A stretch of DNA of 63,548 nucleotides, filler included, from Welwitschia mirabilis (GCA_051453625.1; 7 parts of one record of this genome joined end to end with filler, not necessarily neighbours in it), one strand, 5' to 3'; positions 1 to 12,602 are shown, counted from the whole stretch's first letter. The notes: generated from the letters alone by a model not told the origin. Numbers and translations: made by a program.

Positions 1-497
1 GGTTTGTCATGTCTTAAGAAGCTCAAAATGGGCCATCTCTTAACATAAAGTAAGGTGTGACAATTATAGGGTTTAATAACTATGAAGATAAATCAAAAGG
101 GATAGTTACTTTACCTATCGAAGTAGTTCAAAAGGTTGATGACATTAAATTCCATGTAATAGACAACGCAGCAACATTTAATTTATTACTAGAATGTTCA
201 TGGATAATGAACATGGGGGCAATCATATCTGTACCCCATCAAAAGCTAAAATTTGTGGGCTTTAAAATTTTAGTGCAGTTAGAATGCAATTATACTGTGG
301 TAAATGTGAAAGCACCATCGATGTCATCTTATCCATCACTGCCATCCGCATCTAAGAAGATGACTATTTCCTTTTTACATTTTGAGCCTGATCCAGTGGA
401 CCCTCATAAGATGAAGGTTTTCCCCATTTCTGATAGCCAAGTCTTAGACACAGGATGGGTTCTATTCCTCTCTGATGATTTTCCAATTAGCTCATGA
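1..497 (+). pseudogene. Tat/Ogre-type gypsy aspartic protease region (C-terminal part), copy A1
   Basis: ORF 57-497 contains FHVIDNAATFNLLLECSWIMNMGAIISVPHQKLKF, matching the Tat/Ogre protease tail pattern (F.V.D....YN.LLGRPWIH...AVPSTLHQKLKF). RT homology follows downstream. Confidence 0.8.
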
Positions 498-983
498 TTT
501 TAAACCCTCAACGAATTAAAAAAAAAAAAAAGAAAAAATGGAGAAAACCTTAATTTAAAACCAGAAAAAAGAACTCAAAACAATCATTTAAAAAAAAGGA
601 ATTAAAGCACAAAAACAAAAACAAAAACATGTATATATGTGTATATACAAAAAACTATGCAAAAAAAAACAAAAACAAAAATAAGACAAAAAAAAGATGA
701 TAATAACATGTTAGTTCATTTATCTACTTAAAATAGAAAGGATAAAGTCCTTGAGAATCAAAGTATCTGCCTATTACACTACACATAAACATTCACAAAG
801 CGTAATGTTTTACAACGTTCTTTTAACCAAAAAAAAATTGAAAGATAAAAGTCTTGTCTAAAAAATAGTTTATGTTTTGTTTTTCAATTTTTTTGATTAA
901 AAGTAGTTTGACATATTTTTCAGTAACTACTTTTAGTTTGCCCCTTGTTGTTGTTATTCTTATGTCATTCTCTTGACTTATAG

Positions 984-1484
984 GACATTATAATGAGAAG
1001 CTAATTGAACACACCCTTGCATTTCACCATTGATAATCAACCCGTCGAAAGGTATGTCGATCTCAACCTTGTCAATTTCAATTATAGCAATTTCTTAGAA
1101 AAACCTTGTATCTTCTCAAATCACGAATAAATAAGTAAGAACTCTGAGGAATATAAAATAATGAAGTCATAAAACATGAAATCATCTCTAGTAAAACAAT
1201 AGGATGTCACAACATATGACTTCCTCGTAGATCCCATTAGTCGAGAAAAATATCTTAAGATTAATAAACAATTACTATAACAAACCAAAACTAAGCTCAA
1301 AAAATGTGCTATCTTCTAATAGGAACATATTTGCTTGGCATTACAAAGATATGCCAGGAATTGACAAATCAATTGTTATGCATAACATTATTCTAAAACC
1401 AAATTTGATCCTGATGAGACAGAAGGTTAGAAAGCTAAATCCTCACCGTGCATTAGTAGTGAAACAAGATCTAGAGCCTCTCTT
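984..1484 (+). pseudogene. Tat pol linker and RT N-terminus, copy A1 (cut by gap)
   Basis: IFAWHYKDMPGIDKSIVMHNI..PN....RQKVRKLNP is a typical Tat RT N-terminus. It is homologous to 2222-2720. Confidence 0.8.
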
Positions 1485-1584
1485 NNNNNNNNNNNNNNNN
1501 NNNNNNNNNNNNNNNNNNNNNNNNNNNNNNNNNNNNNNNNNNNNNNNNNNNNNNNNNNNNNNNNNNNNNNNNNNNNNNNNNNNN

Positions 1585-4500
1585 TCTGAGAAGATGACTA
1601 TTCCCTTTTTACATTTTGAGCATGATCCAGTGGACCCTCATAAGATGAAGGTTCCCTCCATTTCTGATAGTCAAATCTTAGACACGGGATGGGTTCCATT
1701 CCTCTCTGACAATTTTCCAATTAGCTCATGATTTTAAACTCTTAACAAACAAAAAAGAAAAAAGAGAGAGAAAACCTTTATTCAAAATCGAAAAAAAGAA
1801 AAACTCAAAACAACCAAAAAAAATCAAAGCACAAAAACAAAAACATGTACATATGTGTATTTATAAAAACTATACCTCCCCCTCCAAAAAAAAAAGAGAA
1901 AAGAGAAAAAAAAGAGATAACAACAACATGCTAGTTTATCCTTGAGAATTGAAGTACCTCATATAAAACAAGCTTGTCCATGTGAGCAAAGTTTTAATGG
2001 CTGAGCAAAACCTCTGCCTATCACACTACACATAAACATTTGCAAAGAATAATAATTCAAAACTTTCTTTTGACAAAAAAATTAAAGAGCAAAGTCTCTT
2101 CTAAAAATAGTTTATGTTTTTTTCTAATTTTTTGATTAAAGTAGTTTGACATGTTTTTCAGTGTTTGCTTTTAGGTTGCCCCTTTTTGTTATTGTTTTTA
2201 CGTCATTCTCTTAACTTGTAAGACATCACAATGAGGATTCAAGTGAACAAACCCCTGCATTTCACCCTTGATGATCAACCTATTGAAAGATATGTTGATC
2301 TCAACCTTGTTGATTTCAATTATAAAAATTTCTTAGGGAAGCCTTACGTCTTCTCAAATCACGAATAAATAAGTGAGAACTCTGAGGCATATGAAATAAT
2401 GAAGTTACAAAACATGAAAAAATTTCTAGTAAAACAACAAGATGTCACAACATGTGACTTCCTGGTAGGTCCCATTAGTCGAGAAAATTCTCTTAAGATT
2501 AATGAACAACTACTACAACAAACCAAAATTGAGCTAAAAAATGTGCTATCTTCTAATAGGGACATCTTTGCTTGGCATTATAAAGATATGCTGGGAATTG
2601 ACAAATCAATCATTCTACATAACATTGTTCTAAAGCCAAATTCGATCCCTGTGAGACAAAAGGTTAGAAAGCTAAATCCTCACCTTGCATTAGTAGTGAA
2701 ACAAGATCTAGAGCATCTCTTGACTACTCATTTTAGTCGACTAGTAGATTACTCAGATTGGCTATCTAATATGGTGGTCATTCTAAAGAAGAATGGCCAG
2801 ATTAGGATTTACATCGATTATTATGATTTAAACAAGGTTACATTAAAGGATGACTATCCTTTGCTGAATATTGACATCTTAGTAGGAAAAACTACTAGTT
2901 ATGACCTCTTATCATTTATGAATGTTTACTTAGGTTATAATCAGATCTTTATCAATCCTGCAGACCAATATAAAATAATTTTTATAACACCATGGGGTCT
3001 CTTCTATTATATTATGATGCTCTTCACATTAAAGAATGCTAGTACAATCTACTAGCATGCAATAACACATATCTTTCACAATATGATTCATCACAATGTG
3101 GAAGACTATGTTGATGATGTTGTGGTTAAGTTAAAGATAATTTTTGATCATCCTAATGACCTAAATCAACTATTTATGCAAGAAAGATGATATAATTTAC
3201 GCTTAAACCCAAAGAAATGTGTGTTTGGTATGCCATCAGAAAAACTCTTAGGATTCATAGTATCAAAACAAGGCATAGAAATTGATCCTGATAAGATCAA
3301 GGCAATTATAGGTATGCCATCACCATGTAACTTGAAACAATTACGTAGTCTCTAAGATAGGCTATAAGCAATATGTCAATTTATTTCAACTTTGGCATAT
3401 CAATGTAAACCATTTATGTATTTACTTAAAAAAGACAACCAATTTAAGTAGGATGAAAATTACCAAAAGTCTTTTGATAGAATTAAGGAATATTTAACAT
3501 CCACCCTTGTTCTAAGTCTGTCTAAGCCTGATCAGCCATTTTACCTTTACTTAGCATATACATTATCATCGCTTAGTGCAATGATCTTTTAACATGATGA
3601 GTTACATTGAGATCATTCAATTTACTATATTAGTAGAACATTACATTAATATGAAAAAAATTATACTGAACAGAAAAGGCATGTTTGACTTTAGTTTTCG
3701 CTTTACAAAAGTTTTGTTATTATATGATAACAAATAAATAATAATGATTAATAATCAAAATTTGCTCAAACATCTACTTGAATACTCTACTGGTAACACA
3801 CGTTTAACAAAGTGGGCATCGATTCTTGCTGAATTTGACCTAGATTTCCAATCTCAAAAGTGAGTCAAGGGAAAGTACATAGCCGAACAAATAGCAGATC
3901 TACCAATAGAAGCTGAAGGTGGAACCTCAAGTGAAACTGAACAATTCCCTAATGATTGGGATGCATTGATGTTTTTCAATGATGCATCTAACTGAAATGG
4001 TGGATTTGCAGGAGTAGTCTTCTTTCTCAACAACAAAATAAGTTTGCCATTCTCTTTTAAACTGAATTTTCATTACACAAACAACATTGTTAAATATGAG
4101 GCCTTAACAAGAGGAATCATGCTTGCTATTCAAACAGGTTTCAAGAAACTACACATTTTTAGCAACTCGTAATCAGTTGTCAATCAAGTCTTAGACAAGT
4201 ATGAATCTAGATCAGGAATTCTAAGTGCATATCTTGGAAGAGTAAGAAAGCTTCTTGCCTTATTTAATACATGTGAAATTCTAGCTATTCCTAGACATGA
4301 AAATCAATTCACAGATTATCTTGCAAACTTTGCTCAAATGTGTTTTAGAGATTCATTCCTTAAAGAGTATGTCACATGCATAGACATCAATCAAAATTTC
4401 CTTGATAAACATCAAATGACTGCTTATCTAGAGCTATCAGGAGATGAAGTAAGTCAATTGATAAAAGATCCTAAAGAGAATAATGAGTGGTATGATACTT

Positions 4501-5725
4501 TATTAGATTACTTCACTAATCAGAGGCTACCCGAAAATTTTTCCTCATTATAAAAGAGAAACTTTAGGGATCAAGAAATACATTTTACCTAATTCAAGGT
4601 CAGTTGTATAAGAAGTCAAATAAAGGTATCTTGTTAAGATGCATAAAATCAAGTAAAGCTATTTATGTCCTAAAAAAAACCCATGCTAGACTATGTGGAT
4701 CCCACCAAAGGGTAAAATCATTATTGGGTCATATGTTACGGTCTAGCTATTTCTGGAAAATAATGAACAGTAACTATTTTAAAATAGTCAAAATGTGTCA
4801 TACTTATCAAATGTTTTTATCAAGAATACATCAACCGCCTACTGATCTTTTTCCTTCTGATCCAATTTGGGTTTTTAGAAAATGGGATATGGATTTAATC
4901 AACCTATTACACCTGCCTCATCAGGCCAACATGCATTCATCCTTACTACAAAAGAATACTTTTCTAAATGAGTCAAAGTAGTCTCATTATGGTAAACAAC
5001 ATCAAAGCAAATTCAAAATTTCATTCTTGATCACATCATTGCTAGATTTGGCATATCTTATGTCATTGTCACTGATAATGGTCCACAATTCAAATCATCA
5101 AAATTGAAAAATTTCTTGAGTAAATTTGGGATAAAACACTCCTTTTTGATACCAAATTATTCTCAAGCAAATGAACAAGTTAAAACTACAAATAAGTTGA
5201 TCATAAATTATCTCAAAAAGCTCTTACAAAGGAATACCAAATCATGGCATAAGAAATTACCTTTAGCATTATGGGCTTACCATACTACAATAAAACTACT
5301 ATACGAACAACACCATTTCAACTCGTCTATGGTACTAAAATAGTCTTGCCCACTCAAATTCAGATCCCCACATTAAAAACACTAGTTAAGGATTTAGAGT
5401 TATCTGATATGAAAATGGAAAATCAAATTACACAACTAGAAACTTTAGATGAAAAACGGATAAAGGCCTTGCAATAAAACCAACTTTATTAGAAGCGAAT
5501 CAGTAATGCATATAATAAGCATGTGAATCTAAGATCTTATGATATAGATAAATTAGTGTTAAAAGCAAACTTAACTAAAAAGACTTCAAAGTATTTACCT
5601 AATTGGTTAGGACCATTTGTTATCTCACAGAAGTTTAACAAGGGAACATACAAACTAAGGAGTTTACATGGCATTGAAGAGAATGAACCGATAAATTTGC
5701 TATATCTTTGACCTTATTTTCATTG
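1585..5725 (+). pseudogene. Tat/Ogre-type gypsy pol, copy A2: protease tail, A-rich spacer, RT, RNase H, aRH, integrase; degenerate
   Basis: RT motifs WLSNMVVILKKNGQIRIYIDY, GYNQI and YVDD (3107-3118). RH ~3540-3900, second RNase H ~3960-4340, integrase HHCC/core ~4600-5400, GPF tail (PNWLGPF). Many stops and frameshifts. Confidence 0.92.
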
Positions 5726-5825
5726 NNNNNNNNNNNNNNNNNNNNNNNNNNNNNNNNNNNNNNNNNNNNNNNNNNNNNNNNNNNNNNNNNNNNNNNNNNN
5801 NNNNNNNNNNNNNNNNNNNNNNNNN

Positions 5826-8038
5826 TCTAAAAATCAATGAATAATAACTATTTTAAGATAGGTAAAATGTCTCATACTTGTCAGATCTTTTCACTAAGAA
5901 TGCATTAACTGCCTACTCATCTTTTTTCTTCTGATCCAATTTGGGTTTTTAGAAAATAAGGTATGGATTTAATTGACCCTATTATACCTACTCATCAGGA
6001 TAACATACATTTATCCTTACTATAATAGAATACTTTTCTAAATGATTTAAAGTAGTCCCATTATGATAAACAACATCAAAGTGAATTTAAAATTTCATTC
6101 TTGATCACGTCATTGCTAGATTTGGCATACCTTATATCATTGTCACTGATAATGATGCATAATTAAAATTATCAAAATTCAAAAATTTCTTTAGCAAATT
6201 TGGGATAAAACACCCTTTTTTGACACCACATTATTCTTAATAAAATGGACAGGCTGAAGCTACAAATAAATTGATTATAAATTATCTCAAGAAATTCTTA
6301 CAAAGGAATACAAAGTCATGGCATGAGAAATTGCCTTTAGCATTATGAGCTTATTGCACTACAGTAAAAACTACTATAAGGACAACACCGTTTCAACTCC
6401 TCTATGGTACTAAAGTAGTCTTCCCTACTCAAATTCAGATTCCCATATTAGAAACACTAGTTATGGATCTAGATTTATCTAATATAAAAAAGGAAATATG
6501 ACTTATAAAACTTAAAACTTTAAATGAAAGACGACTAAAAGCCTTACAACAAATCCAACTTTATCAAAAGTGAATCAGTAATGCATACAATAAGCATGTG
6601 AATCCAAGATTTTATGATATAGATAACTTAGTATTTAAAGCAAACTTAACTGAAAAGAATTTAAAGTTTTCACCTAATTTGTTAGAACCATTTTTCATCT
6701 CACAGAAGTTTGATAAGGAAACATACAAACTAAGAAGTTAAATTGGTATTGAAGAGAGTGAACCAATAAATTTGCTATATCTTTGACCTTATTTTCATTG
6801 AAATAAAGTTCCAAAAACATGTTAATTTTGTTTCATGTTGCAATTTAGTTGTTTTCATATTTTCATTTATAAGTGTGCCTAATATACATTGGTTCTCGTG
6901 TAAAACTTTTCTCGCATTGCATAAAGCCTACATTTTGATTTCTATATGTGAAGTTCAGACTATGGCTGATGATTATCCTTCATCCTTTTCTCATTCTTTT
7001 TGAAAGGAATATGCTGCTTTTCTTTGAGCATAATGCTAATGCAAGGAAGCACCAGACTTTGCTGTTATTAACATTCCATTCTATGAGGCCCCAGTAATGG
7101 AAGATGATGATGACGAAATATATCACATCGATCCATGCTATGATCCACCTAATCCTTTTTGGACCATGATTCATACCCTTGCATGATCCTTCTTATTCTA
7201 TACACTTGCATATCACCATCGTTATCCCACTAGATAGTAGTGGATACATGTTCTCGCCTATCATGCATTTCATCACACCCTTCATCCATTAGTACTACCA
7301 TATTTATACCATTTTTTTTATACCCATCATATCACTATTTCGTCATACCTATGTTACACTTTTAAACCTCTCACTTATATTTTATTTTTCAAAAAAGAAA
7401 AAAAAGATATAAAGCAGGAAAAAAAAGGGGGAAAAAAGGAAAAAAAAGAGGAAAAAAATTTCCTTTTCACTTCTTTTATTGTACAGCCTGTTACATACAT
7501 ATTTATAATAAGTTAACTTCTAAGTGACTAAGTCTTTATCTTATGGAAAAGTGCATTTTTGATGACTCCATTGAGCTTCTTAATTTAGATACCTTGAGAA
7601 CCTTAGGGTTGATGGAAAATAGTTAGAACTATATCAGTTAATAATTGATATGTTATTAGCAAAATAGAAGTAATTGAGTAGGAAGTTCACCTAAATTGAG
7701 AGATATAATTCCCTTCACCTTTAGCTAAGTGACTTCTTAGCATCGTTTCTTGATTAAGATCATTTTTTTGTTCAAATCGTCTATTTGTTTAATTTCTTGT
7801 CAAATCACATTCGAGTTTCATTAAAGTAGTTCTCTACTTTTGGGCATTTATAGTGGTAAGATTGGATTTCACTCAATCTTGAGATATTTCCATATCTATA
7901 GCCTCTCATGTCTCAAGTTATTCAGTATTAGCATCAATTGTGTCAAATCTGATGCTTATCTTTAACTGTGAGCTTTATAATTTATCATTCTAGTGATTAA
8001 GCAATGTTCAAAAATAAAAGAGAATCCAAGCCACGCGG
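5826..8038 (+). mobile_element. Tat element copy A3: integrase (stop ~6801) plus 3' UTR
   Basis: 5826-6801 aligns to integrase 4755-5725 with many substitutions. 7070-8035 aligns to 10660-11600. Confidence 0.88.
6962..7186 (+). pseudogene. Small acidic extra ORF (~74 aa) in Tat 3' UTR, copy A3; interrupted by in-frame stops
   Basis: ATG at 6962, 3 nt after CAG. Reads MADDYPSS...INIPFYEAPVMEDDDDEIYHIDPCYDPPNPFWTMIHTLA*. Same frame and C-terminus as 10554-10784. Confidence 0.6.
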
Positions 8039-8138
8039 NNNNNNNNNNNNNNNNNNNNNNNNNNNNNNNNNNNNNNNNNNNNNNNNNNNNNNNNNNNNNN
8101 NNNNNNNNNNNNNNNNNNNNNNNNNNNNNNNNNNNNNN

Positions 8139-10369
8139 ATCAACCCTTTTACCTTTACCTTGCATGCATACCATCATCACTCAGTGCAATGATTTTTGAA
8201 TGAAACAAGTTACACTGAGATCACCCCATTTATTATATCAGTAGAATACTTCATCAATATGAGAAAAATTACACCAAGGTAGAGAAAGCATGTCTGAGCT
8301 TAGTCTTTGCTTCACAGAAGTTTCACCACTACATGATAACAAATAAAACCATTGTGATCAATAACCAGAACTTGCTCAAACATTTACTTGAATATTCTAC
8401 TAGAAGTACTCATCTAACGAAGTGGAAATCGATTCTCGCTGAGTTCAACTTAAAATTTGAATTCCAAAAATCTGTCAAAGGTAAATGCATAGTTCAACAG
8501 ATAGTGGATTTACCAGTAGAAACTGAGAATGAAATCTTAGATGAATCTAAACAATTTCTAGATGAAGAAATCCACTTTGTCAAAATCAAAAAGGACTATG
8601 ATGCATTAATGTTCTTCGATGGTGCATCGAATAGAAATGGTGGTTTTGTAGAAGTAGTCTTCTTTTTGAGTAATAAAACAAGTTTATCATTCTTCTTCAA
8701 ACTAAAGTTTTCTTGCACAAATAACATTGTCAAATATGAAGCCTTATCGAGAGGAATAATCCTTGCCATTCAAGTTAATTTCAAGAGTTTACGCATCTTC
8801 AATGATTCACAGCTAGTAGTAAACCAAGTGTTGGGTAAGCACAAAGCAAAATCGAAAGTTTTAAGTCTTTACCTTAAAAAGGTGAGAAGATTACTTTCCA
8901 CATTTGACCCTTATGAAATCCTAGGCATCCCAAGAAGTGAAAATCAATTCATCAATTACCTTGCATACTTTGCTCAAACTTGTTTCAAGGATTCGTCATT
9001 TAAAGAATTTGTCACGTGTGTAGATGTGAATCAAAATTTTCTAGTTGAATAGCTAATGATAGCCTATTAAGAATTACCATGAGATGAGGTAAACCAACTA
9101 GTAAAAGATCCTAAAACAATCAATGAATGGTATGACACATTAGTAAATTATCTCATAAATCAAAAGCTACCAGAAGCTTTTACCTCTATACAAAGATAAA
9201 ATTTTCGTGAACAAGATACGCATTTTACCATAATTCAAAGCCAGCTGTATAAGAAATCAAATGATGGCATCTTGCTTAGATGTCTAAAGTTAGGTGAAGC
9301 AGCCTATGTTCTAAAAGAAACACACGCTAGTTTGTGCGGTCCCCACTAAGGGGCAAAATCATTATTGATTCACATTTTAAAATCGAGTTACTTCTAGAAG
9401 ATCATAAGTTACGACTATTTTAGGATGGTAAAAACCTGTCACACTTGCCAAATCTTTTCATCTAGGATACATCAACTGCCTATTGAACTTTTTCCATCTG
9501 ATCCTATTTGGGCATTTAGAAAATGGGGTATGGATCTAATCGGTCCAATTACACTGACTTCGTCTGAATGACATGCTTATATTCTTACCGCAACTGAATA
9601 TTTTTTGAAATGGGTAGAAGCAGTACCTTTACATCAAATGACTATAAAACAAATCCAAAAATTTATCATGAATTACATCATTATTAGATATGGTACTCCT
9701 TATATCATAGTTAGTGATAATAGTCCACAATTCAAGTCTGTCAAGCTAAAAAACTTCTTGACTAAATTTAGAATAAAACATTCCTTCTCCACCCCACGTT
9801 ATCCACAAGTAAATGGTCAAATTGAGGCAACGAATAAAGTAATCAGAAACTATCTTAAGAAATTATTACAGAAAAATCCCAAATCATGGCATGAAAAATT
9901 ACCCTTTGCATTATGGGCTTACTGTACCTCAATAAAAAGTGCTATGGGAACAACTCCATTCGAGTTAGTTTATGGTACTAAGGCAATTTTGCCAACTTAA
10001 ATCCAAATTCCTTCACTGAGAACCTTGGTTAAAGATCTTGAATTATCCAACATTAAAAGAGAAGAATGACTCACTCAGTTAGAAACTCTAGACGAGAAAA
10101 GAATAAAAGCACTGCAACATACACAACTTTACCAAAAATGAATGAGTAAAGCATATAATAAACATGTCAATCCATGATCATACAATATAGGTGAACTCAT
10201 CTTAAAGATAAACTTAACTACGAAAACCTCAAAATTTTCATCAAACTGGTTAGGACCATTTCTTATTTCACAAAAATTCAATAAAAGAACATACAAGCTC
10301 AAAAGTCTGGACGACGTCGAAGACAAAGAACCCATAAAGTTATTTTATCTTTGACCATATTATCAATAA
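8139..10369 (+). pseudogene. Tat pol copy B: RNase H, archaeal-type RNase H, integrase
   Basis: ORF 8333-9052 has DALMFFDGAS...CTNNIVKYEAL...IFNDSQLVVNQV (aRH). ORF 9605-10000 has KWVEAVP...IVSDNSPQF...YPQVNGQIEATNK (integrase core). Confidence 0.93.
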
Positions 10370-10553
10370 ATTTCAAATTTGCATCTTTCTGTGGAATTTT
10401 AACTGTTTGTTTCATACATTTTTTATTTTTTGTTACCATCTTAGTCATGCTAAAATGCGATGCATCTATATGGCTACTAGTTACTTAGAATAGCATTTTC
10501 TTATGTGTCATATAGATTTCACGTTTTTTCTCTTTGTCTGAGTTTTACAGATC

Positions 10554-10784
10554 ATGAGTTACCATATACTTCAACTTCTGACACGGCTAAATGTTGATGA
10601 TCCTCTTGAAACTTCTACATCTGGCAGACATTATCCCATTCCTTAATAAGCTTCCTTGATTGACATTCCTTTTCACGAGGCTCCTCCTATCGAAGACGAC
10701 GATGATGATGATGAGATATATTGGATCGATCCATGTTATGACCCACCTGACTCTTCTTTGGTTATGATTCGCACCCTTGCATGA
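10554..10784 (+). pseudogene. Small acidic extra ORF (~76 aa) in Tat 3' UTR, copy B
   Basis: Pyrimidine tract and TTTTACAG end at 10550, ATG at 10554. Reads MSYHILQLLTRL...PIP**ASLIDIPFHEAPPIEDDDDDDEIYWIDPCYDPPDSSLVMIRTLA*. The two stops are TAA TAA, plausibly from CAA CAA. Confidence 0.62.
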
Positions 10785-12602
10785 GCCTTCTTATTTTACA
10801 TATTTGTATATCATCATCGTTGTCCCACTAGACAATAGTGGATACATGTTCCCGCCTGTCATGCATTTCATCACACCCTTCATCCATTACTACTACCATA
10901 TTTATACCATTTTGTTTATGTCCATTATATCACTATTTCATCATACACATGTTATACTTCTAAAATATTATTTTCAAAATAAAAAAAAAGAAAAAAAAGA
11001 GAAAAAGAAAAAGAAAAGAAAAAAAAAATATTTCCTTTTCACTTCTCTCGTTGTACAGTCTATTACATACCTCTTTATAATAAGTTAACTTCTAAGTGAC
11101 TAAGTCTTTATTTTGTAAAAAAGTGCATTTTGGATGACTCCATCGAGCTTCTTAATTTAGATGCTCTGAAAACCTTAAGGTTAATGGATAATAGTTAAAA
11201 CTATGTCAGTTAATAATTGATATGCTATTGGCATGATAGAAGCAATTGAGTAGGAAGTTCATCTCGATTGAGAGATGTGATTTCCCTTCATCTTCAGCTA
11301 AATGACTCCTTAGCATTGTTTCTTGGTTAAGATCATTTGTTCAATCATCCATTCATTTGATTTTGTGTTAAATCATATTCGAGTTTCATTAAAGTAGTTC
11401 TCTACGTTTGGGCATTTACAATGGTAAGATTGGATTTCATCCAATCTTAAGACATTTCCATGTCTATGACCTCTCATGTCTTAAGTTATTCAGTGTTAGT
11501 ATCAATTGTGTCAAATCTAATGTTTATCTTCAGCTATGAGCTTTACAATTTATCATTCTAGTGATCAAGTAATGTTCAAAAAATGAAAAGAGAATCCAAG
11601 ATAATTGGTCAAAAAAAAAGAAAACAGAAAAAAATAAGAGAGAAAAGAAAAAAAAAATCATAATGTTCTACCATAAGCGCACCGGGGCAAATATTCCTGA
11701 GAGGGGCCTTTGACAGTGTGATATGGTAGCTGTAGAAACTCCACCAGGGTGTCAATTGGTCATGATCTGGCTTTGGCTTGAGGACCCTTACACTCTTGGT
11801 AGTGGTTGCACTCCCCTCATTATGATAAAAGTTGTTCTTTAAACACCCCATTGGCTTGATTTTCCCACGACTTCGAAGCTATGACTTCATGAGCATTCAG
11901 AACATCTTGATCATTAGATGATAAGTAAGAAGGTCTCACTCCTTATCGTAGCCAATGATTAGATTGAGTTATAGTCTAAACACTACATTGATACTTTGTA
12001 GAATAATCATAGGCATTGTCATAACCATTTCCCTTATCACATGATACTCTATGTTAATTAACATTAAACCACTATGCTAATGACATCGAACAATTTTATG
12101 ATTCATACCAATAGACTATGCTAGGTTAGTGTTTAGAGGTGTAGAAATCAATCTTCTTTATGTCCTATTTGTCCATTTTCATTTAATCTTTTCTTGGTGT
12201 TTATGATTAATTACCTCAAAATCATTATTGCATTTACTCTTACTTACTTAAGACTAATCCCACTTTCTAGTTAACTTATTATCTTTTGGTATCCCTCTCT
12301 TTTACTACTCCCTTTACTATCTTGTAATGTGGTGAGAATTTATTTCTTAATGTCATCACCTCTTTTGCTTTGTTTATCATTCTCCTATACCCTAGCTTTC
12401 CTTTACCGTTTTCGTGATTATTGTCAAATATTAATCATCATTCTTTGTCTCCCATTTTTTCTACATCTTATCACTATTTCTTTTTCTTGACGTCTTACCA
12501 TCTTATCATCTCATTCATCACTCGTGTCATTCTTCAATACTCTCCAAACAAGTACATGATCATTTTCGACATAAGGCTCACCTTTTCCCCTCACCGCATG
12601 TC

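Noticed and set aside
10777-11088. 103-aa hydrophobic/poly-Lys ORF as an env-like protein
   Set aside because: Non-ATG start, runs through a variable poly-A tract, and the homolog at ~7180-7515 has a stop and indels.
11695-11745. Possible hammerhead ribozyme (CTGAGAG...GAAAC)
   Set aside because: Does not fit the CUGANGA core, and these bases are not kept in the homologs at 32320-32462 and 34381-34530.
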